A program made the position numbers and the translations under genes. A stretch of DNA of 64,000 bases from Oculina patagonica (lineage: Eukaryota): positions 4,774,001 through 4,838,000 of the forward strand of contig NC_135765.1 in assembly GCF_052425735.1 (NCBI RefSeq). The letters are read 5' to 3'. Each line of letters opens with the position of its first letter. The stretch's first letter is position 1. The notes under the pieces are model-generated. The model saw only the letters and a list, made by a program, of their open reading frames with translations, was not told the origin of the DNA and did not search any database. Positions 25,751 to 37,919 of the stretch are shown here, piece by piece.

Positions 25751-27811
25751 AGGAAAACGCACGTTTCATTTTCACAATGTATTTATTAAGACATCTCTGT
25801 GATGCACAAAATTACCGTCATATCCACTTTAGAGTTTTGTTTCTTACTTTCCAGGTTTATAGTAGCTTATGCAGACAAAGTAACTGGTGTTTTTACGAGA
25901 AGAAATCACGCGATTTCCATGTTTTCCATTTGACTTTGTAGTGTATATCACATTGTACAACATTGACTGATTGAGACGATATTATGTGATTACTTTAAAA
26001 CTCATGTTTCTGTCGTTTGATGTAATCACAGTTTGTTTCAGTAATAGTCCAGGTGGTAAATGTTCTACCAAATTCCGACTTTGAAATCGACCATGTGTTT
26101 GTAGTTACAGTATTAAAGATGACATGACATTGCTAAAAGATTTGATATTTTAAACGCTTGTTGTAACAGAGTTGGTTCAAAGTAGCCCATATATCGGGGA
26201 TTTATCTACTGTTCTATTTTAAACACGAGTGAGCCAGTGTTTTAGGCTGATTCATAAATATAGAAGTTTATGTATGGTTTATATTTTACATATTTTTTTC
26301 TATAGGGGGTCAGCTTTATATGAGAATGGGTTCCTCCCTGCTGACACCCTTTTTGCATTCAGGTATTTCTTTTTTTTTTTGCAAAAAAAGTTGCTGTAAA
26401 TAAATAAATAGTTTGAAGTTAACAGTAAAGTTTTATAAGATGATTAATTGTGTGTTTTACTGTTTATGGACTAACTTTGTATCACTTAGCGTGCAAAGTT
26501 AGCTTGCAGTAAAACAGTTATTGATTTAGCTCGAGGCTTCTTAATATATTTATGTATCAGCAGCTAATAACCCTTTACCCCATTGAGAGAGCCAAAGTAT
26601 CTGAAATTAATCTGAAAGTTTCTCTAAAAATTGCCAGTTAGAAAAAGTTTCAAAAAACCGTGCATCAAATGAAAGTTTTGCTCAAGATCGTTCATTTGAA
26701 TGCGCACATCCATCTACACACTTGAAAGTTAGCATGGCCTAATGCAGCATACTAATAAACACTTGACACTGCTTTCATTTTAATTGTCGTTTTCTACAGA
26801 CTCAAAAACTAAATCCACATTCCGTGACTCGAATTTTGACTCATCAAAGGAAAGGGTTAAGCTGTATTAATAGTGTTAAGCTATTTAAAGTAGATCAGGT
26901 TGCTTTGATTGTTGTATTTAATCTAAAATGTTAAAAAAAAAACACTCTTGTAACTTATTGCTGATTTAAAAGTAAACTGATATTGCTGTGTTAGTGGCCA
27001 GATTAGAAGATGATGTAAAACTAAATATAGGTCACTGTATTTTATTGTTTTGTTTTAAATAGTTTTTAAACTAGGTTTAGCCCATTGTATTTGACATTCT
27101 CTATTGTATTTTTAGTTCTTTTTTCCCCTTTGACCATATTTACATGTTCATTTGCGCACTATAGATATCAATTTCTAATTATCAACATCCAAGTACCGTG
27201 CAACCAATCGTAACTTTTATGTTCCAGTCCAGCCACTAACCAATCAACAGCACTTGTACTCGGGCTGTTAACGATTAAACTGAATTTGATGTGTTCTTTA
27301 ACTTCTGCGAAAGTCTTGTTTTGCGTGTGAGGATCATTTTTTCACTTCCTTGGTTAAATATAGGTATTTAAAAAATCGACTCTCTTAGTATACACGAAAA
27401 TGACATAACATAACTTTATTTCTTCACGACTTTTCTACGTTTACAGTTATATATGTTTACGGTTTTAAGTTTGAGAATGGAGGGCCAAGACAGGTTTTCT
27501 AGTTCTGCCCCGTGTGCAAAAAAAAATTGAACAGGTGAGGAACCAGGAAGAGCGAAGAAAGAAAAGTAAACTGATAATAAAGGCAAAAAACAAAGAGTAC
27601 ATATAAACAAATACATTATATATGTACGTATCAAATGGAGCTTTGGAAGGTGCTTCCAAACTTGTTGTCGTTTAACAAAGTTCAAAAGTGAATTTCATAA
27701 AATTGGACCATATTGAATGCACCTTGTCCGAAGGGGATGAATGTCACCTGAGACTAGAAAAAGAAGCTCAAAGGGTCACGTGATTGTCAAGTAATCCGGC
27801 TCTTGCTACTG

Positions 27812-30800
27812 TAGACTTGCACCAAGTATTGGCGAGCGAAGCGGGCCGAAAAGCGTCGCGAAGCGACGACCGCGAGTGACGAAGTCGCGAGAGGGCGACT
27901 TGTCCCGCTTGAAGGATTTTGAATCAAGTTTCCCGCCGAAAGCAAGAGGTATCAATTATCAGGGGTCGGTGTTTCTGCGAGCGCGTGACTTTTCTAGCAG
28001 GAGTCAAGTTTCAAGAATTCTTGTTTGCGATGGCGGAAAGTAGCGCGGGGTCAACTCCGACCAAAACGATCACGCGAATTTCGGTTACTCTTTGCTCGAA
28101 AGAGCAAATTTGTATTCTTTGCGCTAAGGAAGTCGTAAAAAACGATTACAGGCGAAGATTGATTAGCCCGGGGGGGAAAACAAGACTGGAAATCCTCGCC
28201 GGACGGCAATTCTCAGAACCTGAACTGACTAGAAAAATTATTAGTAGCGGAGCTCCTTAGCGGCCCGCAGGGCCGCAGAGCGGAGCCCCATACCCATAAA
28301 AAAAGCACAATAAAATAAGAAAAAAAGCACAAATGCAGGAAAACCTTGCATCTCAGTTTTCATGGTCAACATGGATAGCGGCATGGTTCGCGGGCGCGTC
28401 CGTACGGCGTACGGAGTCGCGCAACATGGCCGCCATAGTTTGATGGTAGAAATAGTGAAGCAAGAAGGCCGTATAAAGGCGGCCGTATAAAGGCGGCCTG
28501 TAAAATTTAAAGAGATTTGAAAAGAAAAAAAAGAAGCAATGAAACAAAATGTGGCTGAAAATTACGTGTAGAAAGTAATCGACCGCCAAAAAAGTGGACA
28601 TTGAGAGCCATAATCGATCGATGACTTTCGTGTCTATCTGTAAAGCCAGCATCGTACATAAAGGAGCATTCGAAAGCTAAATCGGGTTGATATAATAAAC
28701 AAACCATTTTATTGCAACGGGGTAGTAAAAAAAATACTTGACCCTCTGGGGTTTTGAACTCGCGACCTCCAGATCTGCAGACCGGCACCTTACCGATTGA
28801 GCTAATCTGACAGACTCTTTGATTCACGTTGAATATATCCTATATCAATGTAGTAGATATTGTGGAGTCTACTAATTTGCTGCGAAACTATCACAGGATC
28901 GCGAAACTATTTTCTATTGCTAGAAAGCAGGCAATTTACTGTACTCTAAAGTAATTTTTCGTGCCATGAGCAATGATTTTGCCCCGCTTTAAGATTATTA
29001 TTTTTGTCGTACTGCTGACATTCAGTTTAACCGTGAGCTATTTAAATTTGTCTTGCACCTATAAACCGCCATAAACATTAGTACTTTGGCCGCTTATTCA
29101 CTAGAATGAAAACATTGTAAGCTCCAGTGAAAATTAAATAAATGGGGAGCTCCGCTTTTAGGCGTGCCTAAATCTATATATTAGAAACTGTGCCGACAAA
29201 AACGAGACGATCGTGGAGAAAGCAGAAGAAAGTAAACGTTGTGAGGGATTCGTTGAAGGCTGATCATGAAGCGATAGCTGAACATTACTTGAATACACAA
29301 TAAATCGCTTCCTAACACTGAGAAAGACAGACACTGAGGAGAACTACCCAGCCCCGCACCACACAGACCGCCCCCCACTCCCCCGAGGACAACCGAGCAG
29401 ACCGGGACAGAGGGAGACGGCGCGGGGACCGACGGGCGACGGCGGGGGGCCGACGAGGGAGGGCACGAGGCGACACGGGGCCCCCCCCTGCCCCCCCCCC
29501 CGGCCCCCGCCCCGCCCCCCAGGGTGCTCCATGGACCTGCCTCCCAGTTCGACGGTTCGCTGCCCCAGCGTGCTTCCGAGCGCGTTCTTTCGCTACACAG
29601 ACTCGGTATCAACTTCGATGAGTGATGACTTTTTGTTGGTCGTCCGCCCTCGACTTTGTTCGGAGCGTCCGAATCGATTGGATCCCGGGCGACCGCGTTT
29701 CGCCCCCGTAGTTTGCCAGGACGCTAGCTTTTTTTCCAGTGACCTCCTGTTCTCGGCTACTCCCGTGCCTCTCTTTAGCTTTTTTAACATGTTGCAGTCC
29801 TGTTCCTCTATGCCACGCTTTCTTTTCTCTACTTCTGTTAAGTGCTGTTTTCGTGAGTGCGCGCTCTTCCTCCCTGAGCTCGCCCGTCGCCGGTCGCCGT
29901 GCCGCCTGAGAGGCTCCCGGCCTCCCGGCCGGCGCGGAGATGTTGCGCGTGCTCTCGGCCCGCGTCCGGCCGACCCGCGCGGCCTACGCTTGCCTGCGTC
30001 CCCCCAGCCAGAGGGCGGTCTTCGCCTCCTTCCTTGGAGGGCGTGAGGCAGTCGCTTGTCTTCGCGCCGGACCCTCAGGCGGTGGAGGCGCCGGCTCGCG
30101 CCGGGTCCCCTCCTCGCGTGTCCCGTGATGCGTTCGCCACCGCGGGCCCAGCCCCGCTCCCCCTCGAGTCCCCCCCTCTGTTTCCACAGCCCCCTCGATC
30201 ATGTTCCAACAGCCCCCTGTCCAGCCCACAGCCCCCTTGTCATTCCTGGTCGTTCCCGCCCCCTTGTCTTTCTGTTTTTTTCGTCCTTCTTTGTTTTGTT
30301 GGGTTTTTTTTTAGTTTTTTTTTTGTGGACTTCTTTTTTTTGTTCCTCCTTTTTTTTGCGTATTTTCAACTTTTCCAGTGTAAACATACATTGCAAACAC
30401 TTTTAATCGGCGAAATATCTGATGGTAAATGTTGAGAAGTGCTTCTGGACTTCCAAAAATAATTCTGAACTTCAAATCAATTATGACCTTCGTCGCTGCA
30501 GTCGTCTCCAACATATGAGGCCGCAATCCCATGGTTTTGCAAAAAGTAAACTTGGTCTTTCATGAGCGATAATAAAGGGACAACAACAAGGACTATCGTC
30601 GTGTCGCCTCCATCTCGCATGTAGGCGAGTGCAAACGGTGCCAATTCAAACGTTTAGCTTTTGCCCACTTCCATGGGCGCAGAAACGAAAACATTTTTTC
30701 GCAGAGATACGCTTCTATGGCCTGTTGTTGATATTCTTTAAACTCATCGTTTCCCGTGACCAGTACCTGTTGATCAATTTTCCACGCTTCCTTTGCTGTT

Positions 30801-31019
30801 CGCATGATGTGACCTCGGCGTGACAAGAAATGGCGTGTGAAGAAGCATCGATTTACATTTGAATGACACTTTCTTTGAGATCTCGACCCTGATTGGCCGC
30901 GGTTATAATTTATTCACCGACCCGTTTTTGGGTCGGTAAAATTCGCGCGCTGCAAGTTGGAAAAGTCCTTCGTACGTGACATACCTAAACCGCGCGTCGA
31001 AGGACTTTGAGAAAGTCTA
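27812..31019. mobile_element. AcademH-like DNA transposon, internally deleted
   Basis: Perfect 9-bp TSD TTGCTACTG (27803-27811, 31020-31028) and TAGACTT...AAGTCTA termini. Plus-strand Cys-pair ORF start MAESSAGSTPTK...CILC. Minus-strand RecQ-like helicase remnants (KEYQQQAIEAYL, a GKSL-like motif I, IIFGSPEALL) at ~30380-30830. Confidence 0.8.
28238..29181 (+). mobile_element. Helentron/HINE-like non-autonomous element nested in the Academ ORF
   Basis: Subterminal IRs AGCGGAGCTCC (28246-28256) / GGAGCTCCGCT (29146-29156), followed by the hairpin TTTAGGCgtGCCTAAA (29157-29172). The host frame resumes afterwards (RNCADKNETIV). Confidence 0.6.
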
Positions 31020-31089
31020 TTGCTACTGCTGCAAAAATATAGACTGAGATGGCCTCATATTTTTCGTGTGAAAAGCAAAATAACCACCC

Positions 31090-32835
31090 TTATTATATGG
31101 CAAAGCCAGTCTTAGATAATCCGAGCGTTATGATTGGTTCTTTCTCGGTCGGGATTTTGCCACACGGACCGTTTCCATGAAAACGGTCCAAGCCGTGCAT
31201 TTTTTTCGAAAGCCGGCAAATTCAAATTTGCAACTAAACCTGCGAAAAGAAAACGTGCACATACTCTCATTTTTCGCAAAGAAACTACCGAACAGATTGA
31301 TATTTTAAAGAGCTTACAACATGGACATAGAAAACAAATATTCACCAAGTAAATTTCAACCGAATTATCCGAACCAAAAGATCGGGAAACTTAATTCTGA
31401 TGTGGAAACTGAAACAGGAATCACCGAAAGCCAGGAGGCCAAAGACGATTTTAACTAACAGAAAAGTATAAACAAAAATAAAAAGACGGATGCTGAAATG
31501 AAACCTCTTCTCCGCTACCATTGAAGGTACGTGAAGGTAATGGTATGACAAATGAAAGAATTGAAAGCCTACCTGCTTCTGAGCTTGACCAACTTTCCGT
31601 CCAAATGAGTCCAAATTTTTTACGCAGCGATTTTTTTATAAACACACACAGCAAATATGGAGAAGAGTCGAGCCAGAAGCAATTTCCAGTTTTCAGCGAA
31701 GCATATACAGCGATACCTGAGAATAAATATCTATCAGTTCAACATACTCAACGACACTGAGTTGGATAAATCGAGAAGAGTACTAGCTGCGAAGTGAGGC
31801 CTACTCTGGGACCCAAAATCGCCCAAAGTCGCCCAAAATCTCCTAAAGTCGCCCAAAGTCGCAGATATTTTCTGTAACAATGCTTTATGGTGTACCAGGG
31901 CCGGATTCCCATGTACATGTACACAACAACTGTACTTAGGTCGGTCACCTAAAATTGCCTAAAGTCGCTCAAAATCGCCCAAAGTCGCCTAAAGTCGCCC
32001 AAAATCGCCTTAAATCGCCCAAAATCGCCCGTTATTTTGGACAAAGTGAGCTAAAATCGCCTAAAGTCGCTTAAGTCGCCCAAAGTTACGGCGACTTTGG
32101 GTCCCAGAGTAGGCCTGAAGTGCCAGCCACTAGTTCACAAGTACGGCGAAGGAAAGAAGCCGCAAGCCGTTCAGGCGATTGATGAAGACGACGTACGAAG
32201 TCGAAGATGCTCTTTTTGAAGCGGGAGAATTAAGCGACTCCAATCCAGTAGCGACTTCATAGAACTGTCTGGTGTTTTTTTTTTTTAATTAACCTTACAC
32301 TTCGGTCCGAAGTTTGGTTTGTTCGGTTTACGAGCCAGAGACGAAAGCCGCTGGGGAGACGTCCAACTTAAACAGCAGAATGATAGCCAGGAAACCTCAG
32401 TTTGGTTAGCCGAGCGGCCTCCTTGCTTTCAGTAATGCCTGTTCCAGTTTCTACATCAGAACTTTGCCGATCTTTAGAATGATAACATCCGCTTGGTGAA
32501 TATTCGTCTTCTTTGTCACGATCAACAGATTTGTTTTCAAACTCGTGGTAGCTTGTTCTTTCTGAGTTGCTCGCGTCATTATAAGCGCATTACAGAGAAG
32601 CCCTTTGAATGCAAGGGACCTGAAGTGCTTTTTTAACAGAAAAAAAAAACAACGACAAGCATGGCTTGAGTGCCATATAATAAACTACTTACTAACCTAG
32701 CCTGCTCGAGCCGTACTGGGGAATATTGGCCCTCGGTCGTTTTTGTACGGACCTCGCTACCCTCGGTCCGTACTGCCACGACCTCGGGCCAATATTCCCC
32801 AGTACGGCCCTCGCGCTCGGTTAGTAAGAGGTTAA
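31090..32835 (+). mobile_element. Crypton-like (tyrosine recombinase/DUF3504-type) element, decayed
   Basis: Remnants IESLPASELDQL, GEGKKPQAVQAID, LFEAGELSDSNP, LTLHFG, LRARDESR and WGDV. IR pair TTATTATATGGC / GCCATATAATAA and a terminal ~150-bp palindrome at 32686-32833. Confidence 0.7.
31797..32116. mobile_element. MITE with internal 10-bp tandem repeats and a 6-bp TSD
   Basis: TIRs AGGCCTACTCTGGGACCCAAA / TTTGGGTCCCAGAGTAGGCCT, GAAGTG duplicated on both sides, (AAAGTCGCCC)-like units inside. A diverged relative lies at ~37245-37380. Confidence 0.8.
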
Positions 32836-32939
32836 TGTTCCTCTGTTAACAAACGATTTCTTTTATGTAGTGTGTTCTCATCTTACGATTTAAATTATTA
32901 AAATACTTAATGAAAATGAAGAATTTTATCGATATTAAG

Positions 32940-33113
32940 TCGAAACATTTTCGGATCGTCCTCGGAAATCTTCGGTAATCTTCGAAAATCTTCGGAAAAG
33001 TTCAGAAAATGTTAGGAAACATTCGTACTACCTTCAAGCAACATTCGGAAAATGGTTGGAAATCTTCGGAAAATCGTCAAAAACACCGTTATTAGAAGGT
33101 TTATATAATAAAC
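32940..33113 (-). repeat. Fragment of the 61002-61526 repeat family
   Basis: (aatcttcgga)n units and aaatcgtcaaaaac are reverse complements of 61185-61350. Confidence 0.65.
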
Positions 33114-33718
33114 ATCCATGGTCCATGGTCCCCTAATATCTGAATACTTGAACTCTTCTTAAATACGATCAATTATTCATTTCCTCATGATTTTCAAGTT
33201 AGCTTCTAGAAATTGACACAACAGGCTTTTGTTTAATATGTTTTTGAAAATAAACACATTATTTAAACATTCATCAGGGTTTTTTTCCACAAGAACAGTT
33301 TAATTGTAAATAATTTGGTGGTACAGCCATGTATCTATGTCACATCGGGTCTTAAACATATTTAAATTCTGTAGAAGTACTTTTCAACTATATCGATAAA
33401 TTGGGAATTTAAATAGATTCACCAGAAGTATCTTTGAAGCGCAGTTTTAAGACTCTGAATTGCAGTATAAGTATACATTTTGCAAAATTGAATCATGAAA
33501 ATATTTGGAATTTCGCGCATCACGAATAATAACCAAAATGTTATCTCGTTCACGCAAAAATCAAGGCGATCCCTGTTAAGATTGTTACGCTCAGAAGATG
33601 AGATCATGCAAGCGACTAAGGGTTGGAATATTAACAAGTCAATCATTCGTCACGAAAGTATAAAAGCTTAAATCACGTTTCACGTAAAAAAGTATAGGTG
33701 ACCCTCTTAGTAGCTTCT

Positions 33719-33875
33719 GAGTGCAACTAACTGATCAAAGCCGTATTTATTCTCGTAGCATTTTATTCTGTATTGGAGTTATCAAAACGTTTCCAAAGTT
33801 AAAAGTTTTGATAACTCCAATAACAGAGTTAGGTGCTGCGAGGATAAATACAACCTTGATTATTAAGTTGCACTC
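33719..33875. repeat. Foldback/MITE palindrome
   Basis: gagtgcaact...ttggagttatcaaaac / gttttgataactccaa...agttgcactc. Confidence 0.65.
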
Positions 33876-35139
33876 ACTCCAGTAGCCATTAAGTCTACTA
33901 ACATTGTAATCACCTCGATACGGGAGTTAAGTCCCGCAGGGTAAATAAATAAAATACAGAGATATTGCCGACTGACGACTTTAAGATTATTGTTTAATTA
34001 AACATGTAATGCACAGAGAAAACACAGTCATGTTCAGGTGCAAAACAGACTTGATGTAAAAATCAGTACTGCTAGCGGCACTATTCTGTAGCTGGTTCTG
34101 TGTCGTTCAGGCAAAAGAATTCACCTTATTCGGTTGATCGTGTCTACCGGGCTCGTCCTCAAGGTAAACATAATATTCCTTTTAAAATAGGAAATTTTGA
34201 CCTATAAATAATAATATTCTGCCTTTCCGACGATGTAAGCCACAATATATTAGGTATTTTTTCTGATGTAAAAAAATTACTTCAAATTGAAGGAAAACTT
34301 AAAATAATACTTTTCTTAGCAAGATAAACACAAAACTGAGAAGTAATGGCAAAGGTCCAAGAATGGTTTGGACATAGGAAGATTAGGACGAATTATAAAC
34401 GGCAAACTTGAAAAAAGTTGGCCGAACTTTTCCAGTTCCTTCAACGCCTTGACGGTTAGTTTGTCACAGTTCTTTTAGGAAAGATGGCTGTGAGCGCTCA
34501 GTGCAGACATTCTGTGACGTCCTCGCATAACTTAGTACCATCACCAATTAATCTGTTCTAAATTCAAACTACAAAATTTGTAAAGCAGTTAAATTTTCTT
34601 CTTCGTCCTCTCCTCACCCAGTGTCTATTTCATTGCTAGGCGTGCGGCGTAATTTATTGTGAGTTGAGACGAACAGTTTGGTTTTGTTTTCGACTCAACG
34701 TAAATTTGCTAGCTGAGAACCATTGCTATTTCGCTATTTTTTTTCTTACCACACAGAGTTTTAACATTGCATTATCAGTAGCTTTTACCGAGAACCATTT
34801 TTTGAAATAATTGTTTTGCGTGTCACTGTTCCTTCACATAACATGTTTATTTACAAATACTGAACGAGTACTTAAAAAATCCAAACTGTATAGAAATGCG
34901 TTTCTAACCTTCGGCAGCAATTATACACAACTTGTTCACACAAAAATTTAACTGAAACAAAATGCACGAAGCTACAACAGGCAGTTACAAATGAAGAAAG
35001 CACCGACAAAGTTGCAGGGGACTGAACTGGCTTAAGAGTATAAACATTCCCGCCTTCACTCCTTGTAAGAGACAGGTGTCTGGATTCTTCCAAGACAATG
35101 CCCTAAAACAGTAAACATGCACTTAATTTTTTCTAAATA

Positions 35140-36290
35140 TTTGTACAATGAATGCACCGTAGTTGTGAACAGTGTAAGTAGCCAATATCCCTCACTTTAC
35201 ATTTATAATTACTACTGTCTATAATGTTAAGTCATCCTTTTTGTCAAAGTGATATAAGTGAAAATGGGAGACCCCGTCATCTGGTTCTTGTGCTAACCGT
35301 CTTTAAAGCATCCAGAAGTTTAAAACTAGAACGAAACAGTAAAAAAATCATTTAACATTATTGATTAACGTGAATGATGTTTGAGTAACTAACAATTCGA
35401 GTAAAATATTTTATTTTTTTTACCATCTTTAAGTGCACGGTAATTATAAACAGTGTGTGTAGCCGATAATATCCCACTTTTAATTACTTACAAGAATAAT
35501 TACTACTGTCTTTAATGTTTAGGTTTCCTTTTTTCCAAAGTGATATAGATAAAAGTAGGAGACTCCGTCATCTGGTTCAAATTTGTATTCTCCAAAGCTT
35601 CAAGAAGTTTAAAATTGGAAAGAAAAAGAAAAAATATAAACATTATTGCTTAATGTGAAAAATATTCTTGTAAATAACAAGTAGAGTAAAATATTTTTAC
35701 TTATTCAACTATGTATACAAGGTAAAATATTTATAACATCTTTTAGTGCGCCGTAATTATCAACAGTGTGTGTGTGTAGCCCATATCATCCCACTTTTAA
35801 TTACTTACATGTATAATTGCTAAGTTTTTAATGATATAAATGAAAGTGGGAGACTCTGCCATCCAGTTCTTGTTCTAACCGCCAAATGTGTATGCTCCAA
35901 ACTACAAGAAGCTTATAACTAGAACCAAATAGTCAAATTTCCACTTTAACATTATTGCTTCAAGCGCAGAATATCGAGAAAATAGTTTTACGAAGCAAAA
36001 TATTTATAAAATATTTATACCAAGAAAATTTGTTATGCCATCTTTTAGCACAGCGTAAACAGTTAAAGTAGCTATATATCATCCCAATTTTTATTACTGA
36101 CATGGATGAATTATTAATGTTTTAATGTTTAGTCGTCTTGTTTCGTAAATGCATAATATAAATGAAAGTGGGAGACCCTTCTATGCTCTAAAACTACAAA
36201 ACGTTTACAACTGGAACGAAATAGTCCAAATTTCTAACTAAACATCTTTGCGTGAGGTGCTTTATATTCAAATAACTACAAAGTTAGGGG
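35140..36290. repeat. Diverged ~300-bp tandem array, about 4 units
   Basis: Recurrent acagtgtgtgtagcc...atcccacttttaattact...tgaaagtgggagac near 35170, 35452, 35763 and 36060. Confidence 0.75.
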
Positions 36291-37919
36291 TGTCATCGCT
36301 GTTTATCTTTCACGTAAGTAACAGTAAACCAACTTAAACTAGAAAAATAGAAAGGATTTGTATTTAACAGACTTGAAGAAAATCTATATCGCAGAAAAGG
36401 TGTTTCAGGGGTTCATGTATTATTTTACCTTCTTCGTTCGGATGAGCGATTTCAGTTGAGCGATTTCAGTTGTTTCACCTAGGAGATTCTGGCTAGGCGA
36501 ATTTTGATAAAGGCAGCAGCGATATATGTCCCAGTAATAAATAACTTGTATGGAAGTTGAATAACTTGAATATGCCTGGGGGTATATTCAGAAGTACCTT
36601 GAATATACCCAATAATTCGTTACAATATCATCTTTCAGAAACATTGCTATTGGAATGTTTCAATTCATATTTTGAGGGAGCAGAAAAAGAAATAGGCGAA
36701 AGCAAGAAGTGAAATATAACAATAGCTAACAATTGATGTTCTGTACCGGTTTTTAGGGACAGCTTAATAATTATACGTTTCATGATAAACGCACGCATTT
36801 TCAATCGACACTGGTGCAAAACCGCGCCAATCATGCGGAAAAAAATATAGACAAATGTATGGGAAATTAAAAACGTAACTGAATGCTTTCTAGCCCAGCT
36901 GCATCCTTCAAACTCGGCGAATAAAAACTTTTGCCTAGTATCTTAACTTTACAATTCATAAGTCGACCAGAATTCAATCTTTTTAACGATTTTTGTCGTT
37001 GGATTCCCATACAAACACTGTAATTTCTACCCGATTTGCCTACTCATCAAGATGGCGTCAAAAACCGTGATAAGGCCTTTTACCCGTAAAATTACGCGCT
37101 GTAAAGGAGTGTCTGTTAAGGGACTATTCGCACAAATAAAAATGACAGGTACATGAAAAATTTTATCATAACACTGCCAGAAAACCAATGTATTGTAAAT
37201 GGGCCAATTATGCATAACATATTTTGTTCTCTGAGTGAGTTCAACCTACAATAGGACTGCCAAAAGTGCTCTACAATTTTAGTTTTAGTAGCCTAAAATC
37301 ACCTAGTGTCCCCTAAAGTCGTCTAAAATGGCTTAAAGTCGCCCAAACCTACGGCGAATTAAGGTCCCAAGGAAGGCTTACTCGGTGTACGAATACACAT
37401 CAAATTGCTCGCATTATCACGATTTAAGAGGCCGTCTTTCTTAAAAACACCCACTCAAATTCGCGTCAAAAAATAATTTTGCCTGAAACTCTGGCAACTG
37501 GAAGGCTTAACCGAGGCTAAAACTTAAACAGATTTGGTTTGATTCAAAATGATTTTCTGGCCGCGTTAGAAGCCATTAAATATTTTGCCCTTTTGGGCCC
37601 GCCGCAACGTCTGAAAAATTAGAAAAATAGGCATTTTTCGAGCCGCTGTCAAATATTTCATTCGCATCGAACACTAACAATTTTTATATCAATTTGCTCA
37701 TAAACATTTCTAGTTTGCTAAAAAAAAATATCAATTTCTACCTCTATTTACCTGGAAATGCGAAATCAAGGATATAATGACCACTACCGATTGGCATTGA
37801 ACGGAGTTTGAAAAATGGCCTTGATTTAGAAGCGAATATTTCAATTTTGGGACCTAGCTGATAACTCTACTCTACACCGCCGAAAAGTGTAGTTCATTAT
37901 CTGCTAAAATATGCAAAAT

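Noticed and set aside
29181-30435. Overlapping Pro/Arg/Gly-rich ORFs, possible horizontal transfer
   Set aside because: The stop-poor frames follow from base depletion, show no domain motifs, and the region is a probable sequence-quality artefact.
31810-32095. CRISPR-like periodic repeats (also 32950-33075 and 61195-61345)
   Set aside because: These are 10-bp tandem units without unique spacers, inside TIR or palindromic elements in eukaryotic DNA with no cas genes.
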